A stretch of 64,000 nt of DNA from Narcine bancroftii (Eukaryota). Below are positions 25,322-38,340 of the stretch, piece after piece (position 1 is the first letter of the stretch; each line of letters opens with the position of its first letter). The DNA lies in assembly GCF_036971445.1 (NCBI RefSeq), contig NC_091480.1, forward strand, positions 3,906,001-3,970,000, in the 5' to 3' direction. The position numbers and the translations under genes were made by a program. Under the pieces are notes generated by a model, which was not told the origin of the DNA, searched no databases, and worked only from the letters and a program-made list of their open reading frames with translations.

Positions 25322-25394
25322 CGGGCCTATTATTCGGATGTGAAGCTGCCTGCGGTTCGGTTAGAACGGGGCGAACGCGCCGGCCGTCGGCGGC

Positions 25395-25416
25395 ATGTCG
25401 TTCAGGGACCTTCGAA
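25395..25416 (+). CDS. CLUAP1: Clusterin-associated protein 1 / IFT38, exon 1
   Basis: ATG TCG TTC AGG GAC CTT CGA A|GTAAG = MSFRDLR(N), the canonical CLUAP1 N-terminus. Confidence 0.95.
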
Positions 25417-25974
25417 GTAAGAGCGCGTGTTCACGTGGGGCTAGGATAAACCCGGGGCAGGTACAGGTACCCTGGGCCTGGGGGGAGGAACGGGTTGGGT
25501 TTCTGCCCAGGGCCTCTCCGGCACATCTGTTGGGGTTTGCTCCCCACAGGCCAAGAGGATGGGAATGTCTTCCTGACAGAGTGACCTGGGGAGGCGAGGA
25601 GGGGCCGGGGCGAGGGGCAGCTGGGGCCTCACGGCCACAGGTTTGGGGCTGGGGAGGTGGGGCCGGGGCGAGGGGCAGCTGGGGCCTCACGGCCACAGGT
25701 TTGGGGCTGGGGAGGCGAGGAGGGGCTGGGGCCTCACGGCCACAGGTTTGGGGCTGGGGAGGCGAGGAGGGGCGAGGGGGAGCTGTGGAGGGGTGGGGGT
25801 TGGGGGGGATGAAGGTGAGCTGGGCTTTCACGCCCTGGGCTCTGAACATTTGGTGGGCCTTTCCATGGAAGTGTCCCAGAGTAATTTATCGAGCACAGAC
25901 TGTACTTTGTCCTCAGGTGGGCACCGATCTTCTCCATCTCATTCATGCTGATTGTCATTATGTCTTCCCAACAG

Positions 25975-26086
25975 ACTTCACTGAAATGATGAGGGCTCTA
26001 GGATATCCTCGTCTCATCTCCATGGAAAACTTCCGGACTCCAAACTTTCCTTTGGTTGCAGAAATCCTCATTTGGCTTGTTAAAAG
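25975..26086 (+). CDS. CLUAP1: CLUAP1 exon 2
   Basis: [37 protein letters not shown] with AG/GT boundaries, 112 nt. Confidence 0.95.
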
Positions 26087-27204
26087 GTTGGTGACCTGAC
26101 TTGTGTATAAAGATGGAAATCATTGTTAGGCCTGACTTAAACAGAAGCAGCAGTAAAGTTGTGCAGCTGCTTAAGATTCAGCCCCTTGTGAAGAAGGTTC
26201 CGCCCCAAATGACAGTCTTGGCATGACTCTGAGCTCCTTTGTTCTAAACTCCCCAGCCAAAGGAGTGACCTCTTTCCATCAGTGTCATGTCATTGCAGAC
26301 AACAGACAATGAAACTAGCTCTCATTCAAATTGTTAATGATCATACTCTTCCCTCACCAGACAATGTCTCTTCAGACAACCCTCTCCAGCAGATTAAACT
26401 TGGAACCTCCTTCAGGGTTAGAGTCCAAAACTGAAGTTTTTTATTTGAGGTCTTGATAAAATCTTGTACAATCTCAGCAAGGTTTCTTGCTTTTGTTCTC
26501 CATTTCTCTTGCATTATGGCTAATGTTCTGTGCCAAGCTCAAAAGAAGGAAATTATATTTAAAAAGATGATAAATATTTAAAAAATACATATTTAAAAAG
26601 ATGTCGTGGGAAGGTTGAAGACAAGTCTGGTACCTTCACCCTGTATCCTAAGATGTGAAGTTACCTCTTGCTGTGATCATGGCTATTTTATCATTTCTGT
26701 ATGGATCATTAAAAAACAGTTGGTCTCTGACATCAGCAGTTTGTGGGACAATCCCAACAATTGTAAGTAATAATGAGGGAGAAACCTCTGCTTCTGGAAT
26801 CTGGAACAACAAACGATTTTTTTTAGGGGAGTTGAGCATCATGGGGGAAATGAATTGTTGATGTTTCAGACCAGAGCCCTTCATCCAAAGTCCCAGCCCA
26901 AAACGTCGACAGTTTCTTTTCTCTCTCTGATGCTGCTCAACAGGCTGACTTCCTCCAGCAGATTGTTTGATGCTCAATGATTAGAACAGTTTAATGGCTC
27001 TGGATTGTTTTGGAATATTGTGTTCCTTACTTTCGTTGACTGGATGGGGATGGTGTTTTGATCATTACTAAATGGCAGTCCAGGTAATTGAAACCCAGCA
27101 AAGATCAGGAGCTCTGAGAAAGGAGGGCATGTTAAATTTTTTATTGAGTTATCAAAATCTTCAAAAAGGACACTGCAGATAATTTTGAAAGCTCCTTTGG
27201 TGAG

Positions 27205-27400
27205 GGCACGGTAACAGGCCCTTCCGGCCTACGAGTCTGTGCTGCCCAAATACACCCGATTAACCTATAACCCGTGGTATGTTTCGAATGATGGGAGGAA
27301 ACTGAAGCCCCCGGGGTACAAACTCCTTACTAGACAGTGTGGGATTCAAACTCTGGTCCCAATCCCTGGTGCTGTAATCGTGTTGTGACAACCGTGCAGT
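27205..27400 (-). mobile_element. tRNA-derived SINE-like repeat (copies also near 29670-29895, 34780-34970, 35815-36010, 47780-47975)
   Basis: Shared core (ttcgaatcc B-box-like, ctgtaaggagtttgtacgttctccc, taaattgggtggc) and TAAAT-type tails. Confidence 0.65.
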
Positions 27401-27511
27401 TTGAGGAGCAGGATTTGTTGCTTGCTCGAAGGGTCTCTTGAAGTGGGTCTATTGTATTCATCCAGAATGAGGGAGGTTGTGTCATTGATGTTTCTTTGGT
27501 TTTTTGGCCAG

Positions 27512-27596
27512 GTATGAGCCTCAGACTGATATCCCAACCGATGTGGATACAGAGCAGGATCGGGTGTTCTTCATCAAAGCTGTAGCTCAATTCATG
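27512..27596 (+). CDS. CLUAP1: CLUAP1 exon 3
   Basis: [28 protein letters not shown], donor ATG|GTGAG. Confidence 0.95.
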
Positions 27597-27682
27597 GTGA
27601 GTATCCAAACTGTGCAGTATGTTCACAATGCAGAGTGGAGTGGTTTCAAAGTGAGATGAAAAACTGTTTGTTGTGTTTGTAG

Positions 27683-27862
27683 GCCACTAAAGCTCATATT
27701 AAACTTAACACCAAGAAACTGTACCAGGCAGATGGTTATGCGGTGAAACAGCTGTTAAAGGTTACCACAGTTCTGTACAATGCAATGAAGACCAAGCATA
27801 TGGACAGAAACAATGATGCTGAAGAAGAGAGTTCCAAGTTCAAATTTGACTTGGGGTCAAAG
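27683..27862 (+). CDS. CLUAP1: CLUAP1 exon 4
   Basis: [36 protein letters not shown]...FKFDLGSK, 180 nt. Confidence 0.95.
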
Positions 27863-28724
27863 GTGAGCTTTTGCAGCAGTGTTCATCGTGGCAATTGCCT
27901 GTTCATTGCTATTATTTAACAAGCAATTGATAACTGGGGCGAATTCACCTGAGGTACTTCGCTGCAGCGCCAAGTTGTCCATAGAAAGAAGAGCCTGCAT
28001 ATGCTTGGGGATGGTGTTGTAAATCTAACAATTTTCCGACCCTTCTCTGTTCTTGAACTGAGGGAACATTTAACACGATACAGTGATAATTCCCTGCCGC
28101 CGAGGGAACTGAAAATTGAAACTTCTGACTCTGTTCTTTGAGGTTTCCCTGCCAGCAGCAAATGAGGGATTTTCTCTGGATTGATAGATAAATAGATTGA
28201 TATCACTAAAATCAAAAAATGCCCCAACACACTCCAGAAGAGGGTTTTCAAAGTTCAGTTCTATTCTTGAAGGACATACATGACATCACATTATCACCCT
28301 GAGATTCTTTTTCCTGTGTGTGAGGCAGAATTTACCACTTATTGGTAATGCAAAAAAAACTGTACTCCAGAAGATGTATATACATGTAAATCAACAAAGA
28401 AATGTAAATTGTGCAATACAGAGAGAAAAAATAATAAAGTACCAAAGTAAAAGTGCTTAAATGAGTCCCTGATTGAGTCGCAGTATCGGAGTCTAATGGT
28501 GGAGGGGGAACAGCTGTTCCTGAACCTGGTAGTGTGAATCTTGTGGCACCGATATGTCTTTTTCCTGATGATTGTTGCTGCTCTCTGACAGCAGTGTTGC
28601 TTGTAAATTTTTTCAATGGTGAGGAGGGTTTTGCCTGTGATTTCCTTGCTGAGTCATTGATTTCACTGTAATAAAATGTTGCAAAAACTGTATTGCGGCA
28701 TCACTGCCTTCTTACTTGCCACAG

Positions 28725-28820
28725 ATTTCAGATCTGAAAGCTGCAAGGCAACTAGCCTCGGAGATAACCACCAAGGGAGCAATAGTGTTTGACTTGCTGG
28801 GAAAGGAAGTGGATCTGCGG
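28725..28820 (+). CDS. CLUAP1: CLUAP1 exon 5
   Basis: [32 protein letters not shown], 96 nt, cag|...|GTGAG. Confidence 0.95.
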
Positions 28821-29000
28821 GTGAGTGTGCAGAATGCTAATCCTCCAAAGAAAGCCTTGAGATGGAGCAAGATTCATGTGTGACACAAAAATTGGTGTCA
28901 CGGAATGGGGGGGGGGGCATTACAGCAAGCCACAGGGTGGGGGGCAGCATTACCGTCAGTTGCAGGGTGGAGGGGAAGGCGTTACAGCGAGTCGCAGGGT

Positions 29001-29412
29001 GGGGGCGCAGTGTTACAGTGGGGTGGGGGCGCAGTGTTACAGTGGGGTGGGGGCGCAGTGTTACAGTGGGGTGGGGGCGCAGTGTTACAGTGGGGTGGGG
29101 GCGCAGTGTTACAGTGGGGTGGGGGCGCAGTGTTACAGTGGGGTGGGGGCGCAGTGTTACAGTGGGGTGGGGGCGCAGTGTTACAGTGGGGTGGGGGCGC
29201 AGTGTTACAGTGGGGTGGGGGCGCAGTGTTACAGTGGGGTGGGGGCGCAGTGTTACAGTGGGGTGGGGGCGCAGTGTTACAGTGGGGTGGGGGCGCAGTG
29301 TTACAGTGGGGTGGGGGCGCAGTGTTACAGTGGGGTGGGGGCGCAGTGTTACAGTGGGGTGGGGGCGCAGTGTTACAGTGGGGTGGGGGCGCAGTGTTAC
29401 AGTGGGGTGGGG
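29001..29412. repeat. 24-bp minisatellite (GGGGGCGCAGTGTTACAGTGGGGT) x about 17
   Basis: Perfect 24-bp periodicity, with decayed units at 28915-29000. Confidence 0.97.
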
Positions 29413-31082
29413 GGTGGTATTGGTGGATAATTTGTTGAACGATTATCATAATTTGCCATCGCTGTTCTTCCTCCTATTGGAAAATGTCGTTTCTGGGCTC
29501 TAATTAGCCGTGAATAACTCCCACGTGTAGCTCTAGTGCAACACTGTTACACTGCCAGCAACCCATGTTCAAAACCACATTGTATGGAAAGAGTTTGTAC
29601 ATTTTCCCTGGGTCTGCGTTAGTCTCCTCCAGGTACTCCCATTTCCCCCAACATTAATTTAATGAAGACCCACAGCACAGTAACAGGCCCCCTCAGCCCA
29701 CAAGCCCATGCTGCCCAATTACGCACAAATGACCACAACCCCCGGTACATTTTGAATGGTGGGAGGAAACTGGAGTCCCCAAGGAAAACCCAGGCAGACA
29801 CGGTACAAACTCCTTACAGATCACACGGATTCTAACCCTGGTCTCTGGTCCTCTTAACAGCATTGCACTAACTGCGACACTAACCGTACTGCCCCTTCAG
29901 GCCCATGATGCCATAATACACCCATGTGAACAATGAACCCCTAACCCCAGACAGATGTGTGGGTTCATATGGGTGTATCATGGCATTATGGGGCTGTAAC
30001 AGTGTATTTCTAAATTAATAAAGTCTGCCGATTTTGGACCTGCCTCCTAACAGCTGCTCTCATGTCACTTCCCTAGCTCTTATTTAATCCTATCACTTTA
30101 CCCTCCCCAATTGAGTACTTTTCCCACAAGATCCAGGCTTACCCTTGCAAATTTCATTCCTACATTGAAGTAGCCCCCTCCAGAACAAATCAATTAGAAG
30201 TAGGAATTAGTCACCTTGCTCCTCAAGCCTGTTCGATCATTGCTGAACAGGCCTCAACTCCTCAGAGTCAGAGAGTTGTACAGCAGAAAAATGGGTCCTT
30301 TGGCCTAGTGTCTGCCAGAACCTGCTGACCATATTGTCTGCCTGAGCTCATCTCATTTCCTGCATTTGGCCTGTAACCCTTTCAACCCTGAAGGTCTTTT
30401 GAATATCATTATACCTTCCTGTACCACTTCCTATGGCAGCCACCCCTCCTTTTCAATCTTTACCCCTCACCCCTAAAACTCCAGGCAACATCCTTGCGAG
30501 TCTCCTCTGCTCCCTCTCCAGCCCGATCACCTTCTGTTGTTGACCAGAACTATAATTTTCAAATAGTCCTTAGTTCCCTGGTCTTTCAAATATTTATCTA
30601 CCTCCTTGCATCTTGTGATCTAACCTCCAGAATCCCCATGGGCAGACAATACCAGATTAAAATTCTGTACCCCTCTCTTGTCGATGTCCTCTTGAGACTC
30701 TCCCACTTGTCTGAACATCCATGTTGTTAACATTTTGAGAGAGCACTGTTCTCCCACTGGGGGATAATTTCTGTGGTCTGTCAATTGGGGGGTGGAGGAT
30801 GACTCGAGAGTTTCAACCTGCATATCCTTTCATTAAATAACAGGGGTCCACACTGCACAATAATCCAGGTGTGGTCTCATCAACACCTTTTACAACTCTC
30901 TTGCCTCAAGGTTGATGTGCTGTTTGCCTTTAGGAACCGCTTGCTATACCAGTGTGTTTCCATGTTGTGCAGCGTGCACACGACCTGTGTTTCTGCCCTT
31001 GACAATATGCCACTTGACTGGCTGGGATCTTCCAGTATCCCTTTTGGTTTCTGTTGCCTGTGATCAATCCCCTCTTTGACAG

Positions 31083-31166
31083 GAAAGGAGGACAGCAGCA
31101 ATTGCAAGGCCTTTGGAGATCAGTGAGACTGAGAAGGCACTCAAAGCAGGAATTAAGGAGGTTATT
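31083..31166 (+). CDS. CLUAP1: CLUAP1 exon 6
   Basis: ERRTAAIARPLEISETEKALKAGIKEVI, 84 nt. Confidence 0.93.
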
Positions 31167-31464
31167 GTGAGTATCTCTATCAGGAGAAAGTTTCTTGATT
31201 TAATTTTGTTTTCATTTGCTGTTTGCTTTCCTCTGACATTGGGATCCAGATGTGATGAATCAACCCGGACTGAGCCCAGGCATTGGGGAACTCCCATGTC
31301 CTGATTTTTAAAAATTCTGTTCCTCTCTCATTTCCCACTAACTTGGGGATAACTTCTTGCTGATAACAAGGTTGTTTCCTTGTTTGGGGACAGCTGGGCT
31401 CAGTGGCTTTCTGAGATAATGCCTTCCTCTTCACCCTTGTCTGTTTGCTTCTCTCGTCCCCTGA

Positions 31465-31911
<447 letters not shown>

Positions 31912-33479
31912 GTAATGCCTGCACAATATTTCATAACAGGTGCACACTGTATGTGCTCGTTGCTGGTGAAAGGACCTGAAGGCTTGTGGAGCTGTTCCCT
32001 CGTCTCGGGGAGCGGGGCAGAGGCCTACATCTCGTCAGTCTTGTGTTCCAACACTGGTGCCAACGTAAATCATGTGTTTGAGATGCCAAATTAAATTGTG
32101 CAACATTGACCCACCTAGGATAAAATGGTCTTGTAACATACAGTTCACCGTTCCCAGTGCTGATTCTGAGGAGATTCTGCTGAAAAAACGATGGAACTGA
32201 AATAATTTGCTCCGTTTAATAGTCCCTAACCTTCACTTTGAAGGTGATGTGCATTCATTCATTGTTGGGGTCAAACACTCTTTTACAGTACAAGAGCCCT
32301 GCCAAGAGTCACCCTGGCCTTTGATTTCTAATCATAAATATGATTTAATCATTTAAAATCTAGGTGGGCTACTCTGACAGGTTTAAGAATTAATTAAATG
32401 ACCTCACTTTTCTCTGCATTAATTAATTTTTAAAAATATATAATTTATAGCAATTTTGTACCTGAAATTCTGCAAAACAATGAATTTTGTGGCACATTTC
32501 TGATCAGCTCCCATCCCATTTCCATGGTGTGAATGTTTAAGGTTAGGGAGACATGCAAAACCTGTGATCTTTTGAGAGAATAGAGGTGTTGGTGCACCTT
32601 CCTGACCATCATCTTGATGTACTGGTCCTAGGCCATGTTTATTCCTTGGAACAAAGTTCTCTGGTCTTTTGTCATTAGAGTGAGTCCTATGGATGGGTAT
32701 GGACTCTTACAACCTCCTGAAATCAATGATCATCTCCTTCGTCTCACTGACTTTGAGAAAGGGGTTGTTAATTTGTCACTAACTCTTCACTCTTTTCTGT
32801 CTCATCATGATTTGATACCCAGCCCACAGCTGTGGTGTCATCGGTGAATTTGAAGTGAGAGATAGGACTGTATTTGTTCACTTTACATCCTACTCGTAGC
32901 TCGATCCCACTGCTTGTCCCTAATGCCACCCAGGATGAAGAGGTGGTTGATGCTGCTTGTCTTTGGGGTGACTCTTTTACATTGTCTCCTTATTCCTGCT
33001 TAGTTTTTATTAGTATATTATTAATTGTATTAGTAAGGCTTTATCTGTAAACTTGGGAAGGGTGGGGTGGAACGGTCGACGTAGCGGTTAGTGCAGCGCT
33101 GTTACAGCACCAGTGACCGGGATCCAAACTTACATTTTGTAAGTTACAGGAATTACCTGATTAAAATGAACTTTACATAATTAAGGACTACAATACTGAT
33201 TTTTGTTTTCAAATTTCAAATTTCTTTACATGATGCAGTAGTTGGGCATTGCAAAAGTGAGTCTCGAGCAATCAGAAAACTCACTTATCCATCATCAACC
33301 AATCCCTGAAGGTGCCAGATTCCAGAGGGTATATCTTATTCCTGACACACCCCCTCTCCCTCTTTCTCATCAACCAGGGAGACAGAGATCGACCTGGACT
33401 GCCATTGAGCCAAGGGGAATAAAGTGGTTATGGGTGGCTGGTGGTTTACATTTGAATGAGGCACTTTGTTGTATCTCAG

Positions 33480-33621
33480 ACCAGCGTTCATGGATGAGTA
33501 TGAAAAGATTGAGGAGGAACTGCAGAAACAGTACAAAACCTACGTGGAGAAAATCTGCAACCTGAGCTATCTGGAGCAGCAGCTTGAAGACCTGCACAGG
33601 ATGGAGCAGGAGAGGTTCGAG
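33480..33621 (+). CDS. CLUAP1: CLUAP1 exon 8
   Basis: [47 protein letters not shown], donor GAG|GTAAG. Confidence 0.95.
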
Positions 33622-33843
33622 GTAAGTGCTGAGAATGAGAGACTGCTTGCAAAGGGGAGGCAGCAGTGCGAGAGCCAGGCTGCTCATGTCAAGTGCTGAA
33701 GGATGGGCATTTGGGAGAAGCTCAGCTCAACCTTTGCTCTCTTGGTTGTCATTGTTTGAACCACTTTGGTTAATCAGTTGAAAATAGAATTATTCTTCAT
33801 AAACATGTGCCTGTTCAGAACCATCACCTTGCTTGTTCCCTAG

Positions 33844-33916
33844 GAAACTGAGAACACACTGCGGTTGATGCAGAATAAGCTGAAGGAGGAGGAGAGGCTG
33901 ATGAAAAGCTCTGGTG
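33844..33916 (+). CDS. CLUAP1: CLUAP1 exon 9
   Basis: ETENTLRLMQNKLKEEERLMKSSG, donor G|GTAAAG (an in-frame GT also lies 3 nt earlier). Confidence 0.88.
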
Positions 33917-34497
33917 GTAAAGTGGACAGCAGTTGTGTGTCTAATCAGTAATGCCTGCTGGTGAAGCCATTGCAGTGATCAGCTTTACCCAGCTACCGGC
34001 AGTGACTCGGCAGAAGGTCTGCTTTGGCTGTGAAATATGGGAAGAGCTGAGGTTGTAAAGGAACTCTACAAATGCAATCCATGTTTGGGCCTGGATGAGC
34101 ATGCCCAGCTCTAAGTTGTCAGGCAGCAGATGCAGGCTGGGGTCTCCCTTTGGCTCTTCTCGCCTTTTCCACTGCTCCCATTCCGTAAGGGTATCGAGAG
34201 GTGTGCTTGCTCAGTTACTGAAGTGACATCTTGTGCTTACCCAGTCAGCGACCTATATACTGGGAACCCAACTTCGGGGGGTGAATCAATGGATTCAGGA
34301 GGGTTGGGGGTTTGTACTCTCAGCCCCTGTCATTATTGCAACAGGAGCCTCTGCTTTGTTGCCCAGGGCTCAAATTCTGTCCTTGCTCGTAAACCTCACC
34401 CGCCCACAGCTGGGTGTCAGATACTGATGTTACATCTTGGAATGGTTGACTATGTTGTGAAAGGGGTGGAATAATTTTTGTTGATTGTAATGGACAG

Positions 34498-34605
34498 GAA
34501 AAGCCGATGATTCTGACGAGATGCAGGAAGATGAGGACTCTGACAGTGACTTGGAAGACAGAAGACCATTGAAGTCACGGCTCACCAGGGAGCTGCCAGT
34601 TCATG
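34498..34605 (+). CDS. CLUAP1: CLUAP1 exon 10
   Basis: Acidic KADDSDEMQEDEDSDSDLEDRRPLKSRLTRELPVH, 108 nt, phase 1-1. Confidence 0.88.
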
Positions 34606-36545
34606 GTAGGAACCACTTTCCTTCTTGTAACTAACCTAAAAAGCTTCAGAGAGGCCCTCTGTACCTCCTGAGGCAGTGAACTATGGGAGGTCCTCCTGTA
34701 AATGGGAATGACTGTGATAACTTCCCACAGCCATCAGATGAATTCTTCACAAAAGGATTAGTGCCTAATTCATCGACCATGACCTGGGCTAAAATCCCGC
34801 GCTATCTGTAAGGAGTTTGTTAGTTCTCCCTGTGTCTAAATGGGTTTTCCTGGGGGCTCTGGTTTCCTCCCACTGTTCAAAATGTATCGGGGGTTGTAGG
34901 TTAATTGGGTGGCACAGCCTTGTGGACCAGAAGGGAGGCCTTTTACTGGGCTGTGCCAAATTCAAATTAAAACTGCCTGCTTCTCAAAAGTAGCTTTCCA
35001 CGGAATCAACTGGCAATGTGTGCTTTTTGTCTCTAAATTCAAATCCGGATTCTGGCAACACTTGGAGATCTCTGGAGCTAACTTTTCTTTCTTCACCCCC
35101 AAAGCCTCATTGATCCCAGCTGGGTACTGGGAACAGGCCATTCAGCAGGATTGAGGGGCTGAGTCAATGATGTGCCTTCAGCACATTTGGATCCCCCTTT
35201 CCTTCAATTGCTTAAACTGCTCTTAACTAAAGATAGGAAGCAGTCTTGACAAAGGGTTTCTGACCTGAAATGTTGACACTTATTTTTCTCCCACTGAGTT
35301 CCTCCAGCAGATTATTTTTTCCCTGCTCCAGATTCTCCCATCTGTGCTGCCCCCATATTAAAGTCTATTTGTAACCTCAGATTTGTGTTGTGTGACCAAG
35401 TTGGGGCCTTGATTAATGAGCCAGAGACTAGTTCAAACTCCACCATAACATCTCTGGAATAAAATGGTGAGCTTCACAAAGCTCGTTCACTTCACAGATG
35501 TCCTTTAGCAATATGAAACTTCAGATTGCAGCAGTGTGACTGATTCGAAACTGCCCAGACTAGCCGCTCCGGGGACGGGCAATTGTGAATGGTGACGTTT
35601 GTAAGGCCTGCTGTGGACTTTCTGCTTGTCCACCTGGCTATAGCTCCAATATCCTAGACTCAACGCTGACCTCTAGTGGGGTCTGTGAAATTTGCATCTT
35701 CTCCCAGAACTGGGGATTTCCCCAAGGCAGGGTAGAACTTCATCCAGCAGTCAGCTTAATGGATGTTAGTTCTCTTAGAAATCCAACACACTTTCACTTG
35801 TCATCGGGACTGGACCTTGGTTCGAATCCTGCACTGTCTGTAAGGAATTTGTATGTTCTTCCCGTGTCTGTATGGGCTTTCTCTGGGAGCTCTGGTTTTC
35901 TCATACCCTTCAAAAAAGTATCACGGCATAGGTTGATGGGATGTAAATTGGGTGGCGTAGACTTGTATGGCTGAATTGGCCTGTTACAATGCTGAATATC
36001 TAAATTTAAATTTAAAAAAATCATGCTCTAATATTTCTAGGCAGGTTGCAAAGGATCCTGGCCCTCAGTAAGTGAAGAGTGTGGCAAAAATCAGCAAAAT
36101 TACCCATTGAGCTTGTTACCAAACTATCAGGATTTCTGAATTATTGATGATTATGGAAATCATCTCTCCCCTCCCCCAAAAGACATCCCAAAGCTGGACT
36201 GGGATAACTTCACTAGAGCAATAGCAGGGGAAATTATTGCATTGAAGATTAAGTTTAGGGGATAGGATTGCTTGCAGAAGGTGCAAGAGACTATTCAGCC
36301 CACGGAGTCTATGCTGGTTCGAAACAATCCCATCTTCCCCCATTTGAGCGAGGGTACAGATCCAACATGATTTGTACCTGGATTTCAGGCAATGCTTGAT
36401 GCAGGGCTGTATTCTGATTCCATGGTATTAACACAGCTGAATCCTAGTTTGGGCATTGAACATGAAGATCAAATGTATGGGTTTCTTTGCTAATTTTAAA
36501 AATTTGAACATCCAAGATTTAACTAATTAGTTAATTAATCCACAG

Positions 36546-36598
36546 TGAGAGTTGGTGGTCGAGTGTTTGGAACAATGTATGGAGGTGACACAGAGGAG
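36546..36598 (+). CDS. CLUAP1: CLUAP1 exon 11
   Basis: cacag|TG AGA...GAG|GTAAG. Encodes RVGGRVFGTMYGGDTEE, resembling the conserved GTMxGGD motif. Confidence 0.85.
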
Positions 36599-37724
36599 GT
36601 AAGAGAACAAGATTTACTTCTATGGCTTGGAACTGGCTCTATTCGATGATGAAAGAAACAAGTGGGTCATTTGTCCTTCACCCCTCAACAGTGATCTTGC
36701 AGGCTATTTCTCATCACTATTCCCATCTCGCCATTCCATTGCTATCCCAGCACCGATTCAACACAAAGATTCACCAGTCTGAGTGAAACAATCTCTCTAT
36801 TTTAGTCCCAAGTAACATCCTTGTTGGAGAATGAGCAGAGGGTATGATAGCCCAGGGCAAGTGGGAAACCTCTTCCTCCAACCTGGCACATTTGGACAGG
36901 TTCTTGGTTATAGGTTCAAGGAATATGGGCCAAATGTAGGCAATGGGTTTCATTTGGGGAGACAACCTGGTCAGCATGGATGAGCTGGTTGCATAGCCTG
37001 TTTCTAGAACACACACTAAGAACTTTATACAATCCATTGTTATTTTCCTAAAAAAGAATACAGGCTTTGTCTCCAAGTAGTTGTTTGATCTGTCTCTTTT
37101 GCTATGTTTTGTTAGCCCTGGACAGATGGGAAGTAGCCACAGAATTTAGAATTCTTGCAAAATAGATCAAAGACAAGGTAGGAAATATGAGCAAGTCCTT
37201 GTGTCGGGAAGATCTTGATCCAGAATTGCAGCAACGGCCATCTTCTGTTTCCCCTAAATACCACCCAGTGTTGTACTGCTGTTCCTTGGTACCTTCTCTG
37301 CACCAGATCTCCTTTCCAGTGGTTAATGCCTTGGCTTTGGTTCCCTGACAGGAGGGGAGGTCAGCCTCCACACCCCCCCAAACAGAGCTCACTGGCTAGT
37401 GAACCAGAACCCAGGGAGCAAAGATGGAAGCATCGAACATGGTTGCTTTGTGTTCACACCACACAGCAGTGTGTAAAACGTTCACTCCAGTCTTGCTTCT
37501 TTCACTGTGAGCTTTGCTTAATATGTTGTTGCTTTCCATTCTTGCTGTCGTGTAGCTGCAGGCACCATCTGCTCTTTCTAAGGAGGCAGAGACTTCCAAC
37601 ACCTGCAAGGTTGGTTTAGTCTCATGTTATCGGTCTGGCTCCATCTCCATGTAGCTTAGTTTTGTGCAGTGATGCCGCCCTTTTCTAGCATTAACGTTTG
37701 CTACTGATGCCATCAATTCTGCAG

Positions 37725-37894
37725 GTAAAATGTTGCAAAAAATTAATTAAAATAAGTGATTTCAAATTCCTCAAGTCCTGAGTCTGCAGCCTAATCAGGA
37801 ATGCTGGTTCCATTACTTGGTTTTTCACAAAACCAACGACGTGGGTCAGATTATTCTTCTGAGACTGAGAAGGATGGGTAACACAATAGTTGGA
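37725..37894 (+). repeat. 170-bp direct duplicate of CLUAP1 3' UTR segment 38536-38705
   Basis: Aligns without gaps at offset 811, about 4 substitutions. Confidence 0.95.
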
Positions 37895-38202
37895 CCAATG
37901 ACCACTTCAGACCTTTAATGCAAGACTACATTTAAAAGGACAATGTGTAATTATATCTATTATTATTATTTAAAATCGTAATTCAGTGCTGAGGCCCTGG
38001 GTAGAGAGACAAGATGCTCACCTTTCTCTAGAGTTAGTGTAAGTGCAGAGGTTGATGTGGTTATTTCAGTGATCGTGTACAGCATTCTGCCTGGCATTTT
38101 GTGGTCAGAATGTGAGCTCCTGGAATGGCAGAGATTCTGCTCAGTTCCATGCACCAGAAGCAGCAAATGGTTGATAGCTTGCTGGATTTTCTTCCTTTGA
38201 AG

Positions 38203-38340
38203 GATGCATCAGAGGACAGTGAAGAGGAGGAAGAATATGAAATTGTCGATGATGAAGGCAGCATTGATATTCAGCCGGATCAGCCTTCCACAAGGATGCA
38301 CAAGCAGGAGTTACTGGATGAGAGTGACAATGACTTCTAG
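38203..38340 (+). CDS. CLUAP1: CLUAP1 exon 12 (last)
   Basis: ttttcttcctttgaag|GAT..., ending LLDESDNDF-TAG, the conserved CLUAP1 C-terminus. The spliced total is 1227 nt = 408 aa. Confidence 0.93.
   Translation, partial: DASEDSEEEEEYEIVDDEGSIDIQPDQPSTRMHKQELLDESDNDF

Noticed and set aside
28862-29503. ORFs (GWGRSVTV)n and (HCNTAPPP)n
   Set aside because: Translations of the 24-bp intronic minisatellite.
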